Shown piece by piece: positions 34,024 through 45,400 of a DNA stretch of 64,000 bases. The notes under the pieces are model-generated. The model was not told where the DNA came from, made no database searches, and was given only the letters and a program-made list of their open reading frames with translations. This DNA is from Flavobacteriales bacterium (GTDB lineage: Bacteria > Bacteroidota > Bacteroidia > Flavobacteriales > TMED113): NCBI GenBank assembly GCA_002714185.1, contig PAWM01000006.1, positions 33,345 to 97,344 on the forward strand, given 5' to 3'. Made by a program: the position numbers and the translations under genes. How positions within the stretch are numbered: position 1 is the first letter of the stretch; the number at the start of each line of letters is the position of its first letter.

Positions 34024-34586
34024 CTTAATCCAGCTTTAAATAATTTAATTGCAATAGCTAATAATACTATTCCAAAAACTCTTCGAAGGACATCTAGACC
34101 TGCTTGACCTAAAAATCTTTCTATTGTATTTGTTGTTTTTAAAACAAAGAATACAAATAACAAATTCAAAATAATACCTATCGTAATTTCAGAGTAAGAA
34201 TAAGCACTAATTGCTCTTAAAGATAGTATTGTAGTTAAAGTGCCAGCACCTGCAATTAAAGGAAATGCAATCGGCACAATTGATGCAGATTTATCTTGAT
34301 CACTAGACTTAAATAATTCAATATTTAATATCATTTCTAATGCAAGTAGAAAAATAACAATAGACCCTGCTATTGAAAATGACTGAACATCAATACCAAT
34401 CAAATGCAGTAAATTTTCACCTATAAATAAAAAACCCATCATAATAAAAAAAGAAACTAACGTAGCTTTGACTGAATTTATATGACCAGTTTTTTGTCTG
34501 ATACTTATTATTAACGGGATGCTGCCTAATATATCAACAACAGCAAATAATGTTAAAGTAATTGTTAAAATATCATTTATATCCAT
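34020..34586 (-). CDS. MarC-family membrane protein
   Basis: IVPIAFPLIAGAG, six hydrophobic segments, RVFGIVLLAIA. Confidence 0.9.
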   Translation of the reverse strand: MDINDILTITLTLFAVVDILGSIPLIISIRQKTGHINSVKATLVSFFIMMGFLFIGENLLHLIGIDVQSFSIAGSIVIFLLALEMILNIELFKSSDQDKSASIVPIAFPLIAGAGTLTTILSLRAISAYSYSEITIGIILNLLFVFFVLKTTNTIERFLGQAGLDVLRRVFGIVLLAIAIKLFKAGLS

Positions 34587-34597
34587 ATAGAAGTATA

Positions 34598-35824
34598 TTA
34601 ATTAATAATTACTCCAAATTTAGTTAAATCAGTTGTAAAATTAGGATAAGATTTAGATATAACTTCCATATTATTCACTTTTAACTTATATCCAATTACT
34701 GAGAGAATGGAAAAAGATAATGCAATTCTATGATCATTGTGTGTATCAATAGAAATTACCTGATCACTAATGTGGCTATGATTTGATTTAATAAATACAC
34801 AATCCGATGATTTTACAAATAATTTACAATTAAATTTCAATAATTCTTTTTTTAAACATTCAATTCTATTACTTTCTTTATAAATTAAATTTTTTACACC
34901 TGAAGCCACCAATTCAACACCTAAAGCAAAACAAACAATTAGAAATGTTGGAAAAAGATCAGGATTATTTCTAAAGTCCCATTCAATTTTTTGAGGAATT
35001 GCATCATCTTTATTTTTTTTCAAAATCAAAGTATCGTTTTTAAAAGTAGCAGACACACCAAATAATGCAAAAAAATCAAGAACCATAATATCTCCTTGAA
35101 TACTATTTGAGAATAAAGATTTAATATCCATTGACTTGAATTTAGAGAATAAAAATGCTGCTATTAAATATGATGCAGAAGTCCAATCTGATTCAATTAA
35201 AGAAATAAAACTATTGTATTTAACAGGTTTAACAATAATTTTATTCTTATTAACTGATAAAATAGCACCACAATTTTTCATCATAGAAACTGTCATATCA
35301 ATATAAGGATTTGAATACATATTTTGATTAAAAATTAATTCCAATCCTTTAGGGAAATATGGAGCTATCAATAATAAAGATGATATATACTGACTAGTAT
35401 GATTACTAGATAAATCTATTTTATTTGTGGAAAAGTCTATTTTTTTACTAATCAAAATACCACTAGAATTACTTTCAATTTTAGCACCTAATTTTTTCAA
35501 AGCATATATTAATTCAGAAATAGGTCGTTTAAATAAAAAATTATCTCCTGTAAAAGATATATTGTTTTTTTCTAAAGCAAATAAAGAAAGTAAAAAACGC
35601 ATAGCAGTACCTGATTGCTTCAAGTCAATAATATGATTTGATGAATCCAATGCTCTAGAAAAAACATATGTATCTTGAGAATTTGATAAATTCTTAATAC
35701 TTAAATTATTTTTTTGTAAATAGTTAATAACTAAAGCACGGTGGGAAATACTTTTTGAACCTGATAAAATAAAACTAATTTTATCTAAATTTTTATATGA
35801 ATTATTTAGTACCAGTATAGACAT
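34598..35824 (-). CDS. aroA: EPSP synthase
   Basis: SKSISHR, SGTAMRF, SQYISSLL, KESNR, DHRIA, KSYP. Confidence 0.9.
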   Translation of the reverse strand: MSILVLNNSYKNLDKISFILSGSKSISHRALVINYLQKNNLSIKNLSNSQDTYVFSRALDSSNHIIDLKQSGTAMRFLLSLFALEKNNISFTGDNFLFKRPISELIYALKKLGAKIESNSSGILISKKIDFSTNKIDLSSNHTSQYISSLLLIAPYFPKGLELIFNQNMYSNPYIDMTVSMMKNCGAILSVNKNKIIVKPVKYNSFISLIESDWTSASYLIAAFLFSKFKSMDIKSLFSNSIQGDIMVLDFFALFGVSATFKNDTLILKKNKDDAIPQKIEWDFRNNPDLFPTFLIVCFALGVELVASGVKNLIYKESNRIECLKKELLKFNCKLFVKSSDCVFIKSNHSHISDQVISIDTHNDHRIALSFSILSVIGYKLKVNNMEVISKSYPNFTTDLTKFGVIIN

Positions 35825-36884
35825 TTTTTCGATAATAATCTAAAGATAATAGTATATCATTTGTTGAGACAGGACAGTTTACAATAGCTGAACCTATTTC
35901 TGTAATTAAAGTAAAATTAAATTTATAATCTGCATTTTTCTTATCTACCTTAAGATATTTCAAAATAAGATTATCATATTGAGCATCTAATTTAATTGGT
36001 AACCATACTTTTTGAATTTCTTTAATAATATTAAGAAATTGATGTTTAGAAAATTTATACTTTTTATATGAAATATATGATTCGCAAATTAACCCAATAA
36101 AAACTGCAAATCCATGAGTTATTGGTTGATTTAATTCGAAAAACAAACTCTCTACTGCATGTGCAATTGTATGTCCAAAATTTAACTTTCTTCTTTGATT
36201 CCAATCCAAATAATCTGATTGTACTATTTTAATTTTAATCTTAACACATTCGGTTATAATATCCAATAAATGATCTTGATTAAAAAAATTACATTTAATA
36301 AGTTTATTCCATAAATTACGATCCTCAATAAGTCCATATTTAAAAATCTCAGCTTGAGCAGACAAAAAATCATTTTTAGATAATGTCAACAAATAAGAGG
36401 GGTCAATTAATGTCATTTGAGGATTGCAAAATAATCCAATTTGATTTTTATAATCACTTAAATTTAATGCAACTTTTCCTCCGATAGAAGCATCAACTTG
36501 TGCTAATAAAGTTGTAGGTATATTAATAAACTTAATTCCTCTTTGTAAAACACTACTTAAAAAACCTCCAAAATCTAAAATTACACCACCTCCAATATTG
36601 ATAATTAGACTATTTCTATCAATCCCTTTTGATAATAATTTAGTACATATTTTTTCAAAAACCTGAAGAGATTTAGTGTATTCACCCACAGGAAGTTTAA
36701 TTACTTGATTCTTTTTAAGATAAATACTTGAATTTAAAATACTTTTTAAACAATACTTTTCTGTGTTAGCATCAACAAAAATATAAATATGAGTTATTGC
36801 TTGTTTTTTAATAAATAAATCTATTCTTGAAGCAACATCATAACCTATAAATATATCGCTTCCATTTAATCTAAATTTATTCAT
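35802..36884 (-). CDS. aroB: 3-dehydroquinate synthase
   Basis: GGGVILD, PTTLLAQVDASIGGK, LNFGHT, DKK; start set at ATG 36884. Confidence 0.92.
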   Translation of the reverse strand: MNKFRLNGSDIFIGYDVASRIDLFIKKQAITHIYIFVDANTEKYCLKSILNSSIYLKKNQVIKLPVGEYTKSLQVFEKICTKLLSKGIDRNSLIINIGGGVILDFGGFLSSVLQRGIKFINIPTTLLAQVDASIGGKVALNLSDYKNQIGLFCNPQMTLIDPSYLLTLSKNDFLSAQAEIFKYGLIEDRNLWNKLIKCNFFNQDHLLDIITECVKIKIKIVQSDYLDWNQRRKLNFGHTIAHAVESLFFELNQPITHGFAVFIGLICESYISYKKYKFSKHQFLNIIKEIQKVWLPIKLDAQYDNLILKYLKVDKKNADYKFNFTLITEIGSAIVNCPVSTNDILLSLDYYRKNVYTGTK

Positions 36885-36967
36885 GATATTATTATACAAA
36901 TATTTATTTAACAAATTAACAAAAAGAATATTATCTCATTATAATCCTTTTAAATATATTTACAAAT

Positions 36968-38137
36968 ATGATCTTTAGTAACAAATACATAGATTATTCA
37001 AAAAAAACAAAAATAGAATTATATCTAACATTAATATTATTTTTGGTTTTATCTAATAAAACAATTGTTTCAATTGGGAAAAAATTATTACATCTATCTT
37101 TAGCAATAAAGCTACCTATATTAGGAATTATAAAAAAAACAGTATTTAATCATTTTTGCGGTGGGGAAAATATAAATCAATCTAAAAAAACCATTAAGAA
37201 ATTAGGTGAAAATAATATCAAAACAATTTTAGATTACTCTGTTGAGGGGCAAGATGATGAAACAAGTTTTCAAAATACATTTAATGAAATAATCAAGAAC
37301 ATAGAAGAAGCTGAGTGTAATAAATTAGTTCCTTTTTGTGTATTTAAAATGACAGGAATTGCTGAATTTAAATTATTAAATAAAGTAAATAATAAGGATA
37401 AATTGTCTGAAAAAGAAATGGTTGATTTCCAACTATTAAATACAAGACTGGATTTAATATGTGAAAAAGCAAAAAAAAATAAAATTCCCATTTTAATTGA
37501 TGCAGAAGAAAGTTGGATTCAAGATACTATAGACCAGCTAACTGAGGCGATGATGAAAAAATACAACAAATATGAAGTTATCATTTATAATACTATACAA
37601 TTATATAGGTCTGATAGATTGAAGTATTTAATAGATTTACATAAAAAAGCTAAAAAGGAAAAATACAAGTTAGGATTTAAGTTAGTTAGAGGTGCTTATA
37701 TGGAAAAAGAAAGAAATCGAGCTAAAATTAATAATTATAAATCTCCAATTAATATAAGTAAAAAGAAAAGTGATGAAGATTTTAATAAAGCTGCAAAGTA
37801 TTGCATAGAAAATATTGACATGATTAATATTTGTTTTGGTACACATAATGAAGAAAGCACAAAAATGATTATTGATTTGATGTCAGAAAAAAAAATTAAA
37901 AATAATGATTATAGAATTTATTTTTCACAATTATTAGGGATGAGTGATAATATAAGTTTTTATCTAGGATATTATAATTATAATGTTGCTAAATATGTAC
38001 CATATGGTCCAGTAAAAGAAGTTTTGCCCTATTTAATACGGAGAGCTGAAGAGAATTCATCAATTGCAGGTCAAACAAATAGAGAAATTACAAGAATGAG
38101 AGAATTAATAAAAAAATACTCTAATCACACTGATTAA
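36968..38137 (+). CDS. Proline dehydrogenase (monofunctional)
   Basis: HFCGGE, IDAEE, KLVRGAY, THN, QLLGM, YVPYG, YLIRR. Confidence 0.92.
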   Translation: MIFSNKYIDYSKKTKIELYLTLILFLVLSNKTIVSIGKKLLHLSLAIKLPILGIIKKTVFNHFCGGENINQSKKTIKKLGENNIKTILDYSVEGQDDETSFQNTFNEIIKNIEEAECNKLVPFCVFKMTGIAEFKLLNKVNNKDKLSEKEMVDFQLLNTRLDLICEKAKKNKIPILIDAEESWIQDTIDQLTEAMMKKYNKYEVIIYNTIQLYRSDRLKYLIDLHKKAKKEKYKLGFKLVRGAYMEKERNRAKINNYKSPINISKKKSDEDFNKAAKYCIENIDMINICFGTHNEESTKMIIDLMSEKKIKNNDYRIYFSQLLGMSDNISFYLGYYNYNVAKYVPYGPVKEVLPYLIRRAEENSSIAGQTNREITRMRELIKKYSNHTD

Positions 38138-38567
38138 AATTCAACATAGATGTTGTAGGAACAAACTGACCTTTTGATTTCACTAATTTTAAATTTACTA
38201 GCTTAACAAAAGCTTCATTTTTCTCAAAAATTAAATATATTAAAGTATTAATGCTATCATTTTTATGATGAAAAGATAGATAATACTTTTTATTATCAAA
38301 ACCTCTAATTTGACTTGATTTAAAATCAATAATTGATTGCATAATATATTTATTTAATAATGTGGTATCTAAGCCAATGGAGTTAAATTTACAAATAGAT
38401 TTATCTGTAAAAAAAACTTCTGATTGTGTCAAAAAACTTTTAACTCTTTTATCTGGAAAGTAATTAAAACTTAACATTTCTTTTCTATTGCCAAGCGAAA
38501 ACATAATTATCACAACACCTAAAACAATTCCAAAAGAAAAGAAATATAACCTATTAATAAAATTCAT
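38121..38567 (-). CDS. Membrane-anchored hypothetical protein (possibly DUF4258-like)
   Basis: N-terminal TM (GIVLGVVII), YFPDKRV; position after ald resembles other Flavobacteriia. Confidence 0.6.
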   Translation of the reverse strand: MNFINRLYFFSFGIVLGVVIIMFSLGNRKEMLSFNYFPDKRVKSFLTQSEVFFTDKSICKFNSIGLDTTLLNKYIMQSIIDFKSSQIRGFDNKKYYLSFHHKNDSINTLIYLIFEKNEAFVKLVNLKLVKSKGQFVPTTSMLNFNQCD

Positions 38568-38570
38568 GTA

Positions 38571-39770
38571 TTAGAGAAAACTAAAAGGTTGATGAGGTAA
38601 ATTAAACCATTCTGAAATACCTTTATTGACTAATTGACCTTTAATAATATATGCACCTTGCCCAATATTAGGTTTATTATAAATGATTTTATTAACTCCC
38701 CCAAATTCACCAATATCCAGTAACAACGAAGAAAAAATATTACTTAGAGAGAATGATGCAGTTCTTGCAACTCTAGAAGGAATATTAGGTACACAATAAT
38801 GAATTACCCCATGCTTAATAAATGTAGGTGTTTTATGAGAAGTTACTTCTGAAGTTTCCACACAACCTCCTCTATCAATACTAACATCTACAATTACAGA
38901 ACCTGGCTTCATTAATTTGACCATCTCCTCAGAAATAAGACAAGGTGTTCGACCATCACTACTTCTGATTGCACCAATAACAACATCTGCCCGTCTAATG
39001 GATTTTTGAAGAGCCTTTGGATTAATTGTATTCATATCTACACGAGTGTGTAATTTATCTTGTATTCTACGTAATTTTGACAATGATTTATCAAAAATTT
39101 TAACTGACGCTCCTAATCCAATTGCAGATCTTGCAGCAAATTCTCCAACAGTGCCAGCACCTAGAATTACAATATCTGTTGTACTAACACCCGCAACACC
39201 ACCCATTAATAACCCTTTACCACCATTTAAATTACTCAAGCATTCTGCGGCAATTAAAATAGAAGCATTACCCGCAATTTCACTCATCGATCTAACAACT
39301 GGAAAAATTCCATATTCATCTTGAATATAATCATATGCAATTGCAGTAATTTTTTTATCCATTAACTTTTTAAAAAAAATTGGACTTTGAATTTTAAGCT
39401 GAAGAGCTGAAATCAATGTTTGATTCTTTTCCATAAATCCGATTTCTTCATATGTTGGTGGAGAAACCTTTAAAATAATATCTGATTTATACACTTCCTG
39501 TGCGGTTTTTACAATTGAAGCACCACATTCACTATATTCTTTATCTGAAAAATTAATCAGCTCACCCACTCCACTTTGAACAATTACATTATGACCATTG
39601 TTCGTTAATAAATTTACTGCATCAGGAACTAAACCTATTCTTTTCTCTTGCAATAAAACTTCTTTGGGAATCCCAATACTTAATTGTTTATTTTCCGACT
39701 TTAATTCAAGTACTTCTTCTTGAGGGAGTGTGAAAGCTCCCTCTGAAAAGGATAAAAATTTATCTTCCAT
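38571..39770 (-). CDS. ald: Alanine dehydrogenase
   Basis: IGIPKE, MSEIAG, GAGTVG, DVSIDRGG, HYCVPNIP. Confidence 0.92.
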   Translation of the reverse strand: MEDKFLSFSEGAFTLPQEEVLELKSENKQLSIGIPKEVLLQEKRIGLVPDAVNLLTNNGHNVIVQSGVGELINFSDKEYSECGASIVKTAQEVYKSDIILKVSPPTYEEIGFMEKNQTLISALQLKIQSPIFFKKLMDKKITAIAYDYIQDEYGIFPVVRSMSEIAGNASILIAAECLSNLNGGKGLLMGGVAGVSTTDIVILGAGTVGEFAARSAIGLGASVKIFDKSLSKLRRIQDKLHTRVDMNTINPKALQKSIRRADVVIGAIRSSDGRTPCLISEEMVKLMKPGSVIVDVSIDRGGCVETSEVTSHKTPTFIKHGVIHYCVPNIPSRVARTASFSLSNIFSSLLLDIGEFGGVNKIIYNKPNIGQGAYIIKGQLVNKGISEWFNLPHQPFSFL

Positions 39771-39776
39771 AATTAT

Positions 39777-40196
39777 TTATTCTAGTATCAATAATTCTCT
39801 CTTATTATTATTACTTTTAATTTCAATATTAGTATAGTCATCAATTAAAAAAGGTTGAATTAACTCTGGCCATTCAATAAAACAATAATGATTAGATGAC
39901 AAATATGTCTCAATACCTAACTCTTCTAACTCTTCTACACTTTCTAATCGATATAAATCAAAATGAAATACTTTCTCATTATTCTCATTCAAATATTCAT
40001 TAACGATAGAAAATGTAGGACTAGATATAGGGTCAGTTATATTTAAATGCTTACAAATGCATTTAACAAATGTTGTTTTACCCACACCCATTTCGCCGTA
40101 AATAGCAAAAATACGATTATCTGATAATTTTAACAATTTCAGTGCAACACTTTCAAGCTGTGAAATTGAACTAATATCATATGCTTTTTTACTCAT
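39777..40196 (-). CDS. tsaE: t6A biosynthesis ATPase TsaE
   Basis: GEMGVGKTT, SPTFSIVNEY, HFDLYRL, IEWP. Confidence 0.95.
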   Translation of the reverse strand: MSKKAYDISSISQLESVALKLLKLSDNRIFAIYGEMGVGKTTFVKCICKHLNITDPISSPTFSIVNEYLNENNEKVFHFDLYRLESVEELEELGIETYLSSNHYCFIEWPELIQPFLIDDYTNIEIKSNNNKRELLILE

Positions 40197-41743
40197 TTTT
40201 TTGAACTTAATGAAATAATTGGAATAATCATTTCTTCCATAGATATACCACCATGTTGATATGTGTTAATATAATGGTGGGCATAATGATTATAATTGTT
40301 TGGATACACAAAATACTTGTTAGGAGCAGCAAACACATAAGAAGAACTCATATTTGTTTTTGGTAATAAAATATTATCAGGGTTATCAACATAAAAAACA
40401 TCTCTGTTATCAAACTTTATTTTTCTACCAGTTTTGTACCTCAAATTTGAGGATATATTTTTTTCACCTATTAATTTACTAGGTTCAGTCACATTAATAG
40501 TCCCATGGTCAGAAGTAATGATAATATTAACATTTAATGTAGATAATTGCTTAAGTAATTCAAATAATGGAGAGTTTTTGAACCATGTCAAGGTTAAATC
40601 ACGATAGGATTTTTCATCGTTAGCTAACTCTTTAATCATTTTGATATCAGTTTTCGAATGTGATAATATATCAACAAAATTATATATAATTACATTTAAC
40701 GACTTATGTAAAAATTCATTAACACGTTCAATCATTTTTTTCCCATGTTCAAGGTTAAATACCTTATTAAATGAAAAAGATGGATGTAAATTCATATTTT
40801 TCAAATTATGAATTAAAAAATCTTTTTCATATAAATTTTTACCTCCCTCATCTATGTCATCTAACCAAAATTGAGGAAATTTTTTTTTCATTTCAGAAGG
40901 CATTAGACCAGAAAAAATTGCATTTCTACAATACTGAGTAGCAGTTGGTAAAATACTGCAATACATATCTTCATCAATGGAAAAATATGATTGCAATAAA
41001 GGCTTAATAACTTTCCACTGATCAAATCGTAAGTTGTCAATTACTAAAAAAAATGTAGAATTACCATTAGACATCTTAGGCAAAACATGTTTTTTGAACA
41101 AATTATGCGAAAAAGTCAACTCTGAATCAGCACCACTATTTACTAACTGAGAATAATTTTTCTTTATATATTTAAAAAAATTTAAATTTGCTTCCTTCTT
41201 TTGATTGAGCAAAATCTCTAACATATTATTTTCCTCTAAAGAATCTAATTCTAATTCCCAATAAACAATTTTTCTATATATCTCTATCCACTCTGAAAAA
41301 GAATACACATTATTAATCATTGATCCAATTGATAAAAATTCTTTTTGATAATCAGAATTTGTTTTATTATTAATGAGTTTTGAAAAATTTAAATTTTTCT
41401 TAATTGTTAAAAGAATTTGATGAGGATTTACAGGTTTAATTAGATAATCTGATATTTTAGAACCTATTGCCTCTTCCATAATTTGCTCCTGTTCATTTTT
41501 TGTAATCATAATTACAGGAGTATTAATGATTTCTTTTAATTTCGATAATGTATCTAATCCTGTGAGTCCAGGCATATTCTCATCTAAAAAAATTAAATCA
41601 TATGAGTTATCTTTCACTAAGTCAATTGCATCATAACCATTATTCACAGTATTAACATTAAAACCCTTTTCTTGCAAAAAAACAATATGAGATTTTAAAG
41701 AATCTACTTCGTCATCTATCCATAAAATATTACCAGAGTTCAT
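40193..41743 (-). CDS. porX: PorX-type response regulator (receiver + PglZ domain)
   Basis: WIDDE/DENMPG receiver; IDNLRFDQW, LPTATQY, TSDHG, YQHGGIS PglZ motifs; precedes tsaE. Confidence 0.9.
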   Translation of the reverse strand: MNSGNILWIDDEVDSLKSHIVFLQEKGFNVNTVNNGYDAIDLVKDNSYDLIFLDENMPGLTGLDTLSKLKEIINTPVIMITKNEQEQIMEEAIGSKISDYLIKPVNPHQILLTIKKNLNFSKLINNKTNSDYQKEFLSIGSMINNVYSFSEWIEIYRKIVYWELELDSLEENNMLEILLNQKKEANLNFFKYIKKNYSQLVNSGADSELTFSHNLFKKHVLPKMSNGNSTFFLVIDNLRFDQWKVIKPLLQSYFSIDEDMYCSILPTATQYCRNAIFSGLMPSEMKKKFPQFWLDDIDEGGKNLYEKDFLIHNLKNMNLHPSFSFNKVFNLEHGKKMIERVNEFLHKSLNVIIYNFVDILSHSKTDIKMIKELANDEKSYRDLTLTWFKNSPLFELLKQLSTLNVNIIITSDHGTINVTEPSKLIGEKNISSNLRYKTGRKIKFDNRDVFYVDNPDNILLPKTNMSSSYVFAAPNKYFVYPNNYNHYAHHYINTYQHGGISMEEMIIPIISLSSKK

Positions 41744-41789
41744 TTTGTTTATTTTTGTTTTTTAAATTTATACTTTAATTTAAAATAAA

Positions 41790-43028
41790 ATGTCATATCT
41801 CAAGAATAAAATAATTAATGATCCAATATACGGGTTTGTTCATATTTCCTTTAATATTATTTGGGAAATTATTGAACATCCATATTTTCAAAGACTCAGA
41901 AGAATATCTCAACTTGGACTTTCATCTTTAGTTTACCCTGGTGCTAATCATAATAGATTTCATCATGCTATTGGCTCTATGCATTTAATGAATAAGGCTA
42001 TTAACATATTAAAGCTAAAAGGTCATACAATCACCATGGAAGAACATGAGGCCTCATTAATAGCTATTTTATTACATGATATTGGACATGGCCCATTTTC
42101 ACATGCTTTAGAAAATAGTATCGTTAATAACATATCACATGAACAAATATCAATTATGTTTATGCAGCAATTAAACGAGAAATTTAAAGGAAAATTATCT
42201 TTAGCAATTAAAATTTTTCAAAAAAAGTATAAAAAAAAGTTTCTTCAAGAACTAATTTCAAGCCAATTGGATATGGATCGATTAGATTATTTAAATAGAG
42301 ACAGTTTTTACTCTGGCGTTAATGAAGGAATTATTAATTCCGATAGAATTATTGAAATGTTAAATATTAAAAATAATAAGCTCGTAGTAGATTATAAAGG
42401 AATTTATTCGATTGAAAAATTTATTATGGCAAGAAAATTAATGTATTGGCAAGTTTACCTACATAAAACAGTACTTTCAGCAGAACATACATTAATGAAT
42501 GTACTAAGAAGAGCAAAAAGTTTAGCTAAAAAAAACATCAAAATATATACAACACCCCCATTTCAAACTTTTTTATATGAAAAAAAGAAAATAACTTCTC
42601 AATTTTTTCAATCAAATAAACTGCTTAATAAATTTGCATTAATTGATGACTTTGATATTTTGACATGTATGAAAAATTGGATTAACCAAGAAGATAAGGT
42701 ACTTAAAATATTATCTGAAGGAATTATTAATAGAAAGCTTTTAAAAATTAGCTCAATTACAAAAAGTAAAAAAGAATATGAATTGAAAAAAATACGTAAG
42801 CAAGCAAGAAAAAAATTTCAAATTAATGAAGAAGAAGTTAAATACTTAGTATTTCCAATTACAATCAAGAATGAAACTTATAACTTTAACATTAATGAAA
42901 TAAAATTCTTAAAAAAAGATTCTATTCTAATTAATTTATCAGATTTAAAAAGTGAATTTAGTTTAAACACACAAAATTCAAAAATTATTAAACACTATAT
43001 TTGCTATCCAAACGAGTGCTTAAAATAA
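41790..43028 (+). CDS. HD-domain phosphohydrolase
   Basis: DPIYG, FQRLRRISQLG, LLHDIGHGPFSH, DMDRLDYL. Confidence 0.92.
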   Translation: MSYLKNKIINDPIYGFVHISFNIIWEIIEHPYFQRLRRISQLGLSSLVYPGANHNRFHHAIGSMHLMNKAINILKLKGHTITMEEHEASLIAILLHDIGHGPFSHALENSIVNNISHEQISIMFMQQLNEKFKGKLSLAIKIFQKKYKKKFLQELISSQLDMDRLDYLNRDSFYSGVNEGIINSDRIIEMLNIKNNKLVVDYKGIYSIEKFIMARKLMYWQVYLHKTVLSAEHTLMNVLRRAKSLAKKNIKIYTTPPFQTFLYEKKKITSQFFQSNKLLNKFALIDDFDILTCMKNWINQEDKVLKILSEGIINRKLLKISSITKSKKEYELKKIRKQARKKFQINEEEVKYLVFPITIKNETYNFNINEIKFLKKDSILINLSDLKSEFSLNTQNSKIIKHYICYPNECLK

Positions 43029-43032
43029 ATAA

Positions 43033-44061
43033 ATGAAAATAACTACTCAGGAAATATCTAACATAATTAAAGGCGAAGTATTTGGAGATTCAAATATTGT
43101 GGTAACATCATTTAATAATATACAAGATGCTCAAGAAGGTGATGTGACATTTTTATCAAATATTAAATATGAAAAATATATTCATTCTACAAATGCATCA
43201 GTAATCATAACACCTAAGCTGGAAATAGAAACAAATAAGACACTAATAAAGGTAGACGATCCTGTAAAAAAATTTTCTGAAATTTTAGAAATTTTTAATC
43301 CTAAAAAAAATAGAAAAATCGAAATTTCTAAATCAGCTTCAATCGGTGAAAATTGTCAAATCGGTAAAAATGTCTTCATTGGTAATAATTGCACGATTGA
43401 GAACAATGTAGTAATCGAAGATAATTGCAGCATCTTACCTAACACATTTATAGGAGATGATGTTTTAATTAATAAAAACTGTCAAATTGGTCCAAATACT
43501 TCAATTTATTATGACTGTAAAATAGGACAAAATTGTATAATTCATGCTGGTGCAGTAATTGGTAGTGATGGCTTTGGATTCGTTTCTATAAATGGACACT
43601 TATCGAAAATGCCTCAAGCAGGCAAAGTTATAATTCATAATAATGTAGAGATTGGAGCAAATACTACAATTGATAGAGGATCGATACAAGATACAGAAAT
43701 ATGTAGCGGAGTAAAACTTGATAATTTAATTCAAATTGGTCACAATGTTTATATTGGGAAAAACACAGTAATTGCTGCTCAATGCGGAATTGCTGGTTCA
43801 ACAAAAATAGGCACAAACTGTATGATTGGTGGTCAAGTAGCTATTGCAGATCATATTACAATAGGTGATAATGTTAAGATTGCTGGAAAATCCGGTGTAA
43901 TAAAAAACATAAAAAATAACCAAATCATCCAAGGACCTCTTGCATTTGAAATTAAAGATTTCCAAAAATCATATATACACTTTAAAAATCTTGACAATAT
44001 AATTTCTGAATTTAACAAATTAAAAGCATATATTGATAATGCAAAAAACAATACAAAATAG
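43033..44061 (+). CDS. lpxD: UDP-3-O-acylglucosamine N-acyltransferase
   Basis: Hexapeptide repeats, [29 protein letters not shown]. Confidence 0.95.
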   Translation: MKITTQEISNIIKGEVFGDSNIVVTSFNNIQDAQEGDVTFLSNIKYEKYIHSTNASVIITPKLEIETNKTLIKVDDPVKKFSEILEIFNPKKNRKIEISKSASIGENCQIGKNVFIGNNCTIENNVVIEDNCSILPNTFIGDDVLINKNCQIGPNTSIYYDCKIGQNCIIHAGAVIGSDGFGFVSINGHLSKMPQAGKVIIHNNVEIGANTTIDRGSIQDTEICSGVKLDNLIQIGHNVYIGKNTVIAAQCGIAGSTKIGTNCMIGGQVAIADHITIGDNVKIAGKSGVIKNIKNNQIIQGPLAFEIKDFQKSYIHFKNLDNIISEFNKLKAYIDNAKNNTK

Positions 44062-45400
44062 AATTGTAATTAGTGGAAAAGGACTGCACACAGGAGTCAA
44101 AACTAATATAAAGCTTTTACCGGCCAAAGGTAATACTGGAATCAAATTTCAAAGAGTAGACTTGCAGGATAAACCATATATTACTGCATCGATTAGAAAT
44201 GTTTACAAAACAAATAGAAGAACTGTTTTAAAAGAAAATGAAGCAAGTATTGAAACTGTTGAGCATTTATTAGCTGCAATTTATGCATCCTCAATCGATA
44301 ATTTAATAATTCAAATTGATGGACCTGAAATTCCGATATTAGATGGAAGCTCTAAAATATTTATTGAAAACATAAAAAAATCTGGAATCATACAGCAAAA
44401 AGAAAAAAAAGAAAAATTCGAAATAAATAATTATTTTAAAGTGACAAATGGAGACAACAATTCCCAAATCGAATTTTTTCCTCAAAAAAATTTAGAAATA
44501 GAAGTGACCACTGACTATAAATCGTCTGTTATAAGCAAACAAAAAGCAAAATTAAATCAATTATCAGATTTTCAAAAAGAAATTGCACCCGCAAGAACAT
44601 TTTGCTTTTTACATGAATTAGATCAACTAATGAATCATAATTTAATCAAAGGTGGTGACTTGGATAATGGAATTGTATTTGTAGAAAAAAATACATCCGT
44701 TGAAAGTTTAGGAAAATTAAAAAAATTACTACCTAAGACAGTACGAATATTAAAAAAAGGAACATTAAGAAATGTTCAACCACTATGTAAAAATGAACAA
44801 GCTAAACATAAACTACTTGATTTAATAGGTGATATATCGCTAGCAGGTTTTGAAATTAAGGGAAAAATTATTGCACATAAACCTGGGCATAAAATTAATG
44901 CATTATTTACTCAGGAACTTCTAAAACAAATAAATAAAAAAGAATATACAATGGACGGAAAACCTTTAATGGATATTAATGATATTAAAAAAATATTACC
45001 TCATAGAGAACCATTTTTATTCATTGATGAAATAAGATCACTTGAAGAAAACTCTGTTACTGGAATTAAATATGTTAATTCTGATGAATATTATTTTAAA
45101 GGACATTTTCCGGGAGCACCAGTAATGCCTGGTGTATTACAAATTGAAGCAATGGCTCAAACTGGCGGAATATTAGCACTTAATAGTGTACCAGACCCCG
45201 AGAATTACCTAACTTATTTTATGAAAATTGATAAAGTAAAATTTAAAAGAAAAGTAGAACCAAATTGCATCTTAGTATTTAAATTGCATTTATTATCTCC
45301 AATAAGAAGAGGAATCTGTCATATGCAAGCAAAAGCATATGTCAACAATGAAATTGTCACAGAAGCTGAATTAATGGCTAAAATTGTAAAAGAAAGATGA
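44039..45400 (+). CDS. lpxC-fabZ: Bifunctional LpxC/FabZ
   Basis: [20 protein letters not shown] followed by [21 protein letters not shown]. Confidence 0.95.
   Translation: MQKTIQNRIVISGKGLHTGVKTNIKLLPAKGNTGIKFQRVDLQDKPYITASIRNVYKTNRRTVLKENEASIETVEHLLAAIYASSIDNLIIQIDGPEIPILDGSSKIFIENIKKSGIIQQKEKKEKFEINNYFKVTNGDNNSQIEFFPQKNLEIEVTTDYKSSVISKQKAKLNQLSDFQKEIAPARTFCFLHELDQLMNHNLIKGGDLDNGIVFVEKNTSVESLGKLKKLLPKTVRILKKGTLRNVQPLCKNEQAKHKLLDLIGDISLAGFEIKGKIIAHKPGHKINALFTQELLKQINKKEYTMDGKPLMDINDIKKILPHREPFLFIDEIRSLEENSVTGIKYVNSDEYYFKGHFPGAPVMPGVLQIEAMAQTGGILALNSVPDPENYLTYFMKIDKVKFKRKVEPNCILVFKLHLLSPIRRGICHMQAKAYVNNEIVTEAELMAKIVKER

Noticed and set aside
40193-41743. PglZ domain as a BREX defence system
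   Set aside because: Receiver-PglZ fusion next to tsaE is the standard PorX; no other brx genes are present.
44039-45400. LpxC-FabZ fusion as a novelty
   Set aside because: This fusion is typical of Bacteroidota.
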